Assembly: GCA_002269645.1 (NCBI GenBank)
Contig: NIVC01001911.1
Span: 62,001 to 126,000, forward strand
Direction: 5' to 3'
Length of the DNA stretch: 64,000 nt
From: Macrostomum lignano
Taxonomy: Eukaryota
Shown here: in pieces, positions 22,871 to 36,117 of the stretch
Layout: each line of letters opens with the position of its first letter
Numbering within the stretch: position 1 is the stretch's first letter
Notes under the pieces: generated by a model
What the model was told of the DNA's origin: nothing
Databases searched by the model: none
The model's input: the letters and a program-made list of their open reading frames with translations, nothing else
Position numbers and translations under genes: made by a program

Positions 22871-24570
22871 TTTCGAAATTAATATTTTTATGCTTTTTTT
22901 ACTCTTACTAAAATGATGTAGAGGTAGCAATTATCTACTCGAATTAGAAATTAGCTCAAAGCTTAGGTTTATTTTGGCCATGGACGATTGCAAAGATATA
23001 AAGTCAAATAACTGACTAAGATCTGGCGAAAGTGCAATATTTCTTCAAGTTGACTTACATGTACTTTACGCAGATGTCTATGGCCTAGACACCAACTGAG
23101 AGTCGGCATTACCTAAACCCTACATGTAGTCACATGCCAGATTTCGTTGGTCATTATTAATTTTATGCTGTCGCAGCCAGCAAAATGTCTTACTTGAGTA
23201 AATGCTTGGCATTCCTGTGTCTACTGGTTGTGATTACAAATCTTATTTCGTTGCCCATAGCAACCGAAGGATGCAGTAGCGGTAAGAAGAGATGGAATCT
23301 TGTTTCTGAACTTGGGAAATCTGTATAATGAGGGGACTACTCAGGTATAGAAGCGTCCGAAACTAAACTTTCTTGGAAAATTTAGATTCTTAGAAAAGTT
23401 AGAAAATTAAAACTCTTATAGCTGAGTGTGTAGCAATAAAGTGTAACAGAATGATAAAATAGATTTATAAAACCAATGACTCGAGCTTTAAACATGAATT
23501 TTTTATGATTTTTAGGTATGAGACATGTACGTAGGATATAAAAGCAGGATCTGCTCTGCCTGCCTATAAAAACTATACAAGTTTCAAACTTTAACAACTA
23601 GCTGGATGGTGAATTCACTCAGCGCATTATAGCATACGCTCGTACAAGCTACTTTCAGTTCAGTAGAAGTTGAAATACAAGTACAAGCATTGTAATTGCA
23701 TTCCTTAAAGGCTCATTTATTGCTTCTCTGTCCCATCCCATGCAGGCCATCCGTAGCTAAACCCTTAGGCTCAGGTCTAATTTTTATGTACATGTACATT
23801 TTAATGTACACGTCAATGTACATTTCAGGTGCTTTGGCTTACAATGAACATTATGACTGAACCTAATTGTATTTTACTAAACACAAGTGTCTAAGCGGCC
23901 CAAGTATTTTATCATAAAAATAGTTTATGTTAGCTTGTAGTTCACTAGAGTTTAACCGTCATTCACTTTGTTTATCAGAATTCAGTACATTTTATAGTAT
24001 ACCTTTCTAATGTATAAACACTTGCTGAAACTACTGTTGTTATGCAACTTTTCTTTGTACAAATAAAGTAATTTTTAAATTAAAATAACTTAAAGCGATT
24101 GGATACGTTTGTTAACGTTGTAAACTTTTCCGAGTACAAATTCAAGTACATTGTTATTAAAGGTTCTACTGTTGTTGTAACGGCTGAAATTTAGGAAATG
24201 TGAATTTGATCGTGGCATGACATTGCCTAGCATGCATTTTATTTAATCAACAAAAAAACTTGACTGAGTTTGAGTACCTTGACCTAACATGATGTTTGAG
24301 TAGTCGCTGAGTTAAGAGAGGCTGAAAGTTTAACATGAAAGCCCCAACGAGCTGTAACAGCTGTAACAAACTGTGCCATCGAAGTTATAGAGCAGATCGT
24401 AGTCTACAACATGCCCCTTCGATAACAAGTCTTTGGAACTAAAATTTGAGATCTTTCAAAGGGCACTAATAAGAACTCGTCAAAGGGCAGAGGGTTGATA
24501 TAATACACAGGGAATTAAGTCTTTAACTGACAGTACTTGAGTGCCTTCAGGAATCAGGAAAGCTATAAGT

Positions 24571-25370
24571 GGGGAGGAAATTTCACTTCGCCGAAAAGCA
24601 GATTGTGAGTCTTTCACTTGGCCGAAACTTCACATTGCCGAAAAATCATTTTAGCAGCGTCCTGACTATGGTCGAAAGAGGATGTGAACTTAAGCCTCTA
24701 AAATGGAACCGCAAGCAGTGACGATTTCTCTGCATCAGTTTCTTTATTTTGACCTAAGTGTTACTGCTACCAAAGTGGGAGCACGATATGGTCACTCAGT
24801 TTTTTCGACATTTCTGACTTCATTTGGGGGTGAACTCTGATTGCTTATTATTTTCATTGCCATTTTCTGTCTCAATCGGATGGACTTTTAAGTTGTAAAG
24901 TTTGTATGTTTTTGTGGCTCCTTTGAAAGCACGCAGATTTGCCTAGATTCCTATTCGTAGAATATGCATGGCTCTAAGATTCACTTTAATGTTACCATGT
25001 TAGTTTCGGCCTAGTGAAGTTTCGGCCTAGTGAAGTTTCGGCCTAGTGAAGTTTCGGCCTAGTGAAGTTTCGGCCTAGTGAAGTTTCGGCCTTGTGAAGT
25101 TTCGGCCTAGTGAAGTTTCGGCCTTGTGAAGTTTCGGCCTTGTGAAGTTTCGGCCTAGTGAAGTTTCGGCCTAGTGAAGTTTCGGCCTAGTGAAGTTTCG
25201 GCCTAGTGAAGTTTCGGCCTAGTGAAGTTTCGGCCTTGTGAAGTTTCGGCCTAGTGAAGTTTCGGCCTAGTGAAGTTTCGGCCTAGTGAAAGAGGCTGCT
25301 AAAATTATTTTTCGGCAATGTGAAGCAAGATGCTTTCGGCGAAGTGAAATTTCGGCCTAGTGAAACCCCC
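24571..25370. mobile_element. Non-autonomous TIR element with a subterminal 16-bp tandem array
   Basis: GAAATTTCACTTCGCCGAAA (24577) is inverted at 25334-25353. A second inverted block CTTCACATTGCCGAAAAAT.ATTTTAGCAGC is present, and (TTTCGGCCTAGTGAAG)n spans 25014-25290. Confidence 0.75.
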
Positions 25371-25371
25371 C

Positions 25372-26560
25372 GTCTGCGCCGCGCCCGTCACGTTGGCTTG
25401 CCAATAATAAATGAGGATTCGAGCTGCCTAATGTGCCATGTCTTTAGCCAGGAGGTCAGCTCATCGCTGATGAATTCAGGGCCTTAATCGGACTCGAGAA
25501 ATTCTGGAGCACCAATGCGTGTGACGACTGTGTGAAGTGCGGTGATAACAGAAGTAAAAGTTCGGTTTCTACATGGAAAAGCTTCAATCCAGCCGGAGTG
25601 TGCATCAACAACAATAATGAGGATGTTGCCAGATCAATCCATTTGAAGCTTCTGAAATGGTGCGTCACGCTCTCGTGCAAGCCTTGGTCGGAGGACATTG
25701 CATGCGGTGCAACATAGTGCTCGACGTCAGATCGTACGCCGGGCCACGAACATGTACTTGTAGGCTGCTATGTACCCATTATGAGTTGTGAGTTTGAAGT
25801 GAATGGGCATTTCGCGGCCCTTAGTCGAATTAGAATAAAGACGCATTTTTTGTTGCAAAGAAGTCCATTTTTGATGGTGAGCTTATTAGTACTGCTCGGC
25901 CTGAGATCATGACTTCCATGCAGTAACCAGACAACCCTTTTTGCATGACGCGTTAAACAAATGGTTCTGCGTCGATCTCCGCTACACAATGCGATTTTGC
26001 GGGATTACAGGCGATTCAAAGTTTACAAAGTTGATACGAGCTAGCACTCTCTACGCTTCCTGAATCCATGGCTTGGACCAACCCGTGTGATGGCGCATCA
26101 GAATAATTTGACTCTCTGGCGCATACTGAATGTCGTAATAGTCGAAATGCTATGGCTTAGCGATATATTTGTCGGGATTCCCAGAGATCGGCCAAATGGA
26201 CGCATCAACGGCTGGTGATCAATATGACGATGGTGAACTTTCTACCCAGGATGTAGGGCTTGAGACGATGGGATGCCCAGAAGTCCGAGTTGAGTTCATC
26301 CAGTTCATGCTTGCCACTTGCCTGAGTAGATAGCATCCTCACATGTGAAGAAATTTGGGAGTACATGTACTTCTATGACCCTGGCCTCAGACTAGAAACA
26401 ACAGAACCGTCATTGGATTACCAACAATGAGAAGGATGCTTTAATCAAGTTTCGCCAAATAACGCAGCATCGGCAGAGTGATGGCAGTGATTTTCTTGCG
26501 ACAAAGTGACATTCTCTGTAGCCTGTTCTGCTCAGTCGGGAAGCCACCTCGGAGGTACAT
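25372..26560 (-). mobile_element. Degenerate Ty3/Gypsy pol fragment (RNase H and integrase)
   Basis: LKPYILGRKFTIV-DHQPL, WPGVRSDVEHYV and LIIVVDAHSGWIEAFPC..RIGAPEFLESD*GPEFISDEL, across frameshifts and stops. Confidence 0.85.
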
Positions 26561-27152
26561 GTGCACAGAGGAGCAACAACAAAAGTTAGAGGCCAATGAG
26601 CTGCTACCTTCGTAGTTGTATTCCCATAAAAATCAGTGAGTTGTTGTTCCTAGAGGTATGGAATTAGAAAATTTCTATCAGCGTAATAAACCCTAGGACA
26701 ACTCAAGTAACGACGAGAGGTGTTTGTTAATTCTGGGAAAATGTACGTCTAATTTTACACACAAATTATACTCTACTGTATTAGAACGTTTCAGCATTAT
26801 AATTTCAGCCAAATTCCCCCAGGGCGACAGAAGTTGGAGGCTGATCTATATTAAGAGCTTATATCATCGGAAAGCATAACTTCGATGGGTTTTTACCACA
26901 AGCAAAAACAGGTTAAGAAAAACTTATGTATGTATACATGTTCATGTATTTAAGTAATATAGTAACATTATTTTACATCTTTCATCATTACTTAGATAAG
27001 ACGCGCTTTGTGGCTACATACATGTACGCTCGTATATTTCATTTGTTAAAAACAAACACATTTACATACAAAACCAATTTTTTAGCTTCTCACACTGATC
27101 GTGTACCTGCTGAAGTTGTTTTTTTATCGCTCATTACGAGCGTACTAACCTA

Positions 27153-27796
27153 TTAATCAAAGTCAAGAATATCCGTTACAACCTTTCCAGTGAATTTAGG
27201 CCCCTTTTTCATAAACTTCCGTTTCGCTTTTTTCTTAACCTTTTTCTGCGCGTAGCCCGCCACACTTGCCGCGATCTTCTGATTGACGTCAGCGTCTGGA
27301 AGCCTCCTACCGTCTGGTACAGCTAGTGGCGGGTTTTTGAACGGATTCCCCTTACTGAGAACTCCTGTGTGGGGGCGAGTGATCGAGCTAGCTGTATTGT
27401 ACGCATGACGTAAATCCGACACCCAACCCCAGCTCTGACAACCACCCCAACTTCGACACCCACCCCAACTCCGACACCCAACCCAACTTCGACACCCACC
27501 CCAACTCCGACACCCACCTCAACTCCGACACCCACCCCAACTCCGATACCCACCCCAACTCCGACACCAACCCCAACTCCGGCAGCCATCCCAACTTTGA
27601 CAAATATATGTACACGATGTATCCTATATACATCTAAATTATATCCCCTCACCTTGAACATAGCACATGTACTTCTCAAATCAGAAAAAGCAGACTATTT
27701 ACGCTTTGCAATCGGAGGAGCGCAGCCATAACCAGCGTCTAGCACCAGGCTCATTAATAGTAGACACAGGCCGATAGCAGTATGATTGAGTAGCAT
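27153..27796 (-). CDS. Secreted cationic Pro/Lys-rich peptide, divergent paralog D (110 aa, 2 exons)
   Basis: Exon 1 27703-27796 ([31 protein letters not shown], donor C|GTAAAT). Exon 2 27153-27391 (acceptor TACAG|CT; [79 protein letters not shown]). Same phase-1 intron and G|C site as A-C. Confidence 0.75.
27416..27598. repeat. 18-bp minisatellite in the intron of paralog D
   Basis: (CCCCAACTCCGACACCCA)n, about 10 copies. Confidence 0.9.
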
Positions 27797-29650
27797 TTGG
27801 AGGCCGGGGGCACAAGGATTTCGCAGGCGCGCGGTCTTTAAATCTAGTTGTTGGAACCGGTTTCGAAAAGTTTGTAGTAGACTTCTACGTTGTATACAAG
27901 TACATAGTATATCTGTCAGGGAATAGAAATCGACGTTATTTTAAGCCAAAGTTTTTAATTAGACGGAGAAAGTCCCCCATTCCGGCCATTATTGACCACA
28001 GACAAGGTTAGACCAAGATTATTTAATGTCAAACGATGCACTTAACTAGGGTACTTCCAAAATTATTATAATGATTTCCTCACAAACACGCAGTTGTTAA
28101 AAAAACTACATGTACCTTCTCAGATAAAAACATTAAACAAGAGCTAGCTAACTCAATTTTTTTTCAGTTTTGAAAGTGAAAATTCAAGCAAACGTATATT
28201 ATATACAATTTTTTTAATTTGCAGGAATCGATCAGTGTTAATAAATAATTTGCATGGATGCATGATATGTATCTGTTTTTGGTGCATGGTTTCAAACTCC
28301 TTATCCTTCCGAAATCTAAATTTTTAACAATTTTTAGAAAAAATTTGGGGATATTGATGGGTTTCGGCCTCTCAGCCCCCTCGTGGGGAAGCCTTCGGGC
28401 CTCAGGTCTCAGAAATAAATCAATTAGAGTCCTGGCCCCCCACTCCTGTCAGATGGTCAGCCCCATGGTAGCTTGATCGTGTGGCGAGCAGTCTAGGTCC
28501 TATAGCTAAGAGAGGGACAGCGAGAGACGAGCAGGGAGAATTTTGAAAGTAGAAATTAGCTAATCCGCAGATCAACTAACTTGCTGCCACCAGCCCGTGC
28601 GTCCTGGCTCACCACACCGGGACTCTCGAAATCGGGCTTCCGACTAGAAGGGGCTTTGCACTTACCTGCCAACTAGTGTCTTTTTGCTGTCAATCTCGAA
28701 GTCATAGCCGATGATAGGGACACTGCTGGGACTCGATCGCATTGGCCATGCAGGTACAGAGGCGACTTGTGCAGGGGATTCTTGCAGTGGCGAGACTGGG
28801 GTAGCTATACATGTAATATTACATTGCTAAATACGAAGAATTGTACTTTTGGCCTTCAACGCGCCAACTAGCCTCTCATAGCGCTGATGATAGACTAACT
28901 CGAACTTCGGAGACCGCATGATTCATTACCCGAGCCGCTTGGCAAACCTAGAGTGCACAAAGTACATCTCTGGCGCCGATTTTGCACTATTGGCAATTTT
29001 GCTCACTGATTTGATAGATTGATCGACTGAGAACTGCCTTGCCATTGGTCCACTGTGACCGGCGCCTACTAACTACTCATCTGAGCCATCGGCGAACAAA
29101 GAAATAAAACCGATAACAATATCTGTCAGATTTAACCTTCTCACTGAATCACTTCACACTTCAGATTGAATTGGAGTTTCGGACTTGAAGACTCGGACTC
29201 GGACTCGGAATTGGAGTTTTAGCAGTATTATTGAATGGTTTCCGCCTCAGTAACAGCACTACTGAACAAAATGAGCAAAAGTGTGCGCCTAATCCAGCTA
29301 CTGAAACAGGAGACAGGTAAGGAATCCCCCAATCAAGTCTAGGCAGCCTCTCACCCAACCAATCAGAAGCTCAACAGCCGGAGACCAGGTAATCCACAGT
29401 GACCGAATCGGCTTAGTGCTTTGCAGTTGTAGACCCGGGATGATGCTGATGTCACAATCTTCGCAGATAGCTAGCAGGTGATTCTCTTAACTTTGATGTT
29501 CACTGCTGATGACCGGGGGAATTCGTCCTTGACGATGATGGGGGGAGTCGCAATCCGGGGATCAAGAAACGACGGTCGGTCCAGAGAGAGAGCAAGTTCC
29601 TGTTGGCCGGTCTCCAGAAAGGGTTAGTCCGAGCGGGCCAAAAACACCGG

Positions 29651-29783
29651 TTTAAATAGCCGCCAACTGGACCGCAGTTTGTTATAATGGAACACGTCGA
29701 TTCTGATTGGCTGAGCCGATTTGTTAGAATGAGCGTCGAATTTCCTGCTTGGCTGAGCTTGTTGCCACCCAAAGTCACGTGAC
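29651..29783 (-). promoter_or_regulatory. Candidate promoter: palindromic E-box GTCACGTGAC, CCAAT box and TATA-like TATTTAAA
   Basis: GTCACGTGAC 29774-29783, AGCCAATCAG (-) 29703-29712 and TATTTAAA (-) 29651-29658, in the expected order for a minus-strand start; target gene unresolved. Confidence 0.35.
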
Positions 29784-31811
29784 CGGCAGATCCTATCAGT
29801 TCCCTCGGGGTCGTAAAAATATGACAGGTGCGGCCATAAATCAATCAAAATCGCAACAAAATGATTTATGCCTTTTCGCGTAGAATTGACAAAAATCAAT
29901 GAAAAAATATACATTAGAAAGCTCTTATTAAGTAGAAAGCGAAGATAATGAAGAGAAATCGCTAATCGCTAATCCCAAGGTACTTTTAGGGGTAAAACGC
30001 ATATAGCTGTCAAAGCTGTCACACGCTTGAGTGAACACGAACAATAGGGCCTGACCTCATAAATCTTGATGGCCTGTCAAAATGATGAGAAAAAAGCTGC
30101 GTACCGCCCGCATCCTTTCAGACTATCTAGCGCCATGCAGCCTCCGCACTGAGTGAGGCTCAGGTTGCTGTCAGACCAGCTCAGGCACAATAATTTATGA
30201 CCCAAAAGCAGCAAAAACCGCGCCTATGTTATTATAACTACAAGTATGGCAGATTAATATAGCTACAGAAGTCCTACTAGTATGAATTCTAGAAAAATTA
30301 CAAAAGAGGGAGAAAAACGCCCATAGCCTGCTGTTAGTAGGCTAGCAAGTTTGGAACCCGTGCGAGCGTGAAATTTGGAAAAAAGTGCGTCCTCATCAAT
30401 ATAACTACATGTATACATGAGCATAAATTTATGGTCGAGGTGGTGTATAGATTCGCGTTCGTATATCTATATGCATAAGAAAGTCGAGCTTTTATTGCCC
30501 TCTATTGCAGTCTTCTGCAGTCTGCTGGTGATAATTTTCACTTGATTCATAAAAAAACTGGAATATATAGTGAAGAGGCGAAGAGATGGATGTGAATAAT
30601 ATGGTTTTTTCTGATCTAATTTTTTAAACATTAACTTAAAAAAACAAAGCAATACACCAAGTGGACACAAGGCCGTGGCGAGTAGCTAGTATACCGCCAC
30701 GGCCGTTAAACAATTTTCAACTCTTAAGTACCCAAAACGTTCATGGATAGCAATAGTATTTTATGCATGTGAGAATATACTCAAGGACCGTTGTAAAACT
30801 ACATACAGCTATATACAGTGGTCATTGAATAGACTTTCATCTTTCATTTCTTATCAGTGATTTTTAAACACTGCCGGATTAGCTTACCGATATAACAAAG
30901 TTAGTTTTTTAAAAATTATTTTAATAACAAAAGAATAGACTTTAAATGCAGTTAGGAGACAAACTAAATATCTGTAAATTGATTGCTGTATGAAATCACA
31001 AAACCGTTTTTATGAAAATGATTTGGAAAATAATTCTAATCTGATGTTTTTCTTCGAAAGTGGGCAAAAGCAGGCTAATTATTGTTGACTCTGCTGCTAT
31101 GTTAATACCAACAAAATTTTATATTCTATGATTTGAAATTGTTTTTTATATATGTTATTTGGTGGTTGAAGCAAATGAACTATTTTTTCGTACTGCTTCG
31201 TCTACTAAAAGTGACTTTACTTCGTCTACGCTTAAAATTAAAAAAATCATACCACATACCAGTCGTCCACTAACATACCTTACATGTATGCCTTAGCTAC
31301 TATTTTCTATTTTTTGTTAATTTTGTTATTGATATTTTATGAATATACCTAACCTGTAAAAATATTGCTAAACTAAACAAATTAGGATAATAACACTTCA
31401 GGTTAAAACCCAAAAGTTAAAATGCTTTCCAATTTACTAGTAGAGAACATACTTGTCCTTTTTGAAATAATTTTTCACATATATTATTAAACTAGACTGT
31501 CACGTCGGATTAGTCGTAATATATGAATGTATTTATTACTAACAATTCTCCATTTTAAGTTAATGCTTTATTCTGTTAAATAGTAATTTATATAAATATT
31601 GTGAAATAAAATAAAGTATAATACTCAATGTGAAAATCTGAAACATTTCAGTCTCATTATTAGTATTCTAAATTTCAATTTATTTTTTTATCCATATGCT
31701 AAATATGTATGTTTTTATTTCCATATGTCTCTATTTGTTAGAAAATATTTTAGATAATTTATATAACACAATTTAAACCCTTCATTTTGCATGCTAAATA
31801 ATCTTTAAAAC

Positions 31812-34227
<2,416 letters not shown>

Positions 34228-34324
34228 GAGCGGAGATCGTGGAGATCGGCTGCCTTGTTGGCCTAACTGATGGGTAAATTAATCTAGTTGATGTGGTTGA
34301 TTGGTTTGTTAATGAAACTGATAA

Positions 34325-34480
34325 TTTGATTGATTTATCGATTTATAGAGTTATCGATTTATTGATTTGTCGATTTATTGCTTCATCGATTTATTGATTT
34401 ATCGATTTATTGATTTGTCGATTTATTGATTTAGCGATTTATTGATTTATCGATTTATTGATTTATCGATTTTTTGATTA
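34325..34480. repeat. 16-bp repeat (GATTTATCGATTTATT)n
   Basis: Read directly. Confidence 0.85.
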
Positions 34481-35442
34481 ACTGATCGATTTGATTGAAT
34501 AATTAATTGATTTATTGAGCTATTGATCGATCGATTTGATTTGATGACTTAATAGAATAATCGATTGTTTGATATAAAAATGATTTTCATTATTTTGTTC
34601 TGATTATTATACAATTATGTTTCAGTACCTGTTTTATTAATCCTTACTCCTAATCCTTTGATAATTTTCTATGTGGTGAATAGATTATATAATATTGCTA
34701 AACTACTATTTAGCTGTTTGTGTAAGTGTGCCTAGTAATCGTAGTTATGGTTACCATATCCGTGTGCATTGACCTTCTTTGTCGCTTTGTCCGCTAGCAT
34801 TGAACTATTTTTCTCTCGTTTTAAATGGCGTTCCGGCTTTTTCTATTTGAATTTATCGTGCTGGTATTTTTTTATTAAACGCAACATTTTTCCGAAAACT
34901 ACTTACATCCAGTTTTTTATAGTAGTGTGATTAGCGTATGATATTACTAAAGTTTTATTGCACTAGGAGTTGACTTTTTCATACAAGTTTTGATGCAATA
35001 GACGACATATTTTTCGTGTGCTTTTACCTCTCAGATATCAGTAGTATCTGCTAATATTATTACCGGTATTACTGATTTATAACAGTTTTGTTTTACTGAA
35101 TCTATAATATGCTTATTTAACTTAATGAGTTCTAAATTAATTATTATTCAGCTTTTTTGCGCTATTGTTTTTTATGTAATAATAAAACAGTATAGTTACC
35201 TATAAATAAATAAAAGTTGCTATAAGATTTACTCAGCAATATTCCTTATCTACTGTTGTAAATCTGCACTTGTTTTAATTGTGTAATAAGTGAATTGTAA
35301 TTATATAAACGGTAAATTAACTTGTCTGTTTGTATTCTGAATTTTAAGTGCAATCACCGAAAATATTCGCTAACTCCAGATTGATCGGTCGTTTATAACG
35401 AATATTTTACTGATTAATCTGTTATTCAGACAGATTGAACAG

Positions 35443-36030
35443 CCATTCACACAGACTATTCACAGAATGATAGGCTATTCACACAGACTATTCACATAAT
35501 GATTGTCTATTCACACAGACTATTCACAGAATGATTTGCTATTTACACAGACTATTCACAGAATGATCTGCTATTCACACAGAATATTCACAGAATGATA
35601 GGCTATTCACACAGAATATTCACAGAATGATCTGCTATTCACACAGAATATTCACAGAATGATAGGCTATTCACACAGAATATTCACATATTGATTGGCT
35701 ATTCACACAGAATATTCACAGAATGATAGGCTATTCACACAGAATATTCACAGAATGATCTGCTATTAACACAGAATATTCACAGAATGATAGGCTATTC
35801 ACACAGAATATTCACAGAATGATAGGCTATTCACACAGAATATTCACAGAATGATTGGCTATTCACACAGACTATTCACAGAATGATTAGCTATTCACAA
35901 AGAATATTCACAGAATGATAGGCTATTCATACAGACTATTCACATATTGATAGGCCATTCACACAGAATATTCACAGAATGATAGGCTATTCATACAGTC
36001 TATTCACAGAATGATCTGCCATTCACATAG
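35443..36030. repeat. 32-bp minisatellite
   Basis: (CTATTCACACAGAATATTCACAGAATGATAGG)n. Confidence 0.93.
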
Positions 36031-36117
36031 GCTGAATGCTAACTAAGTTCTAGGGTAAAATAACTACTGCATACGTTAGTAGTACAATGAAACAGGCGCC
36101 CAGGTTCCATTTGTCAT

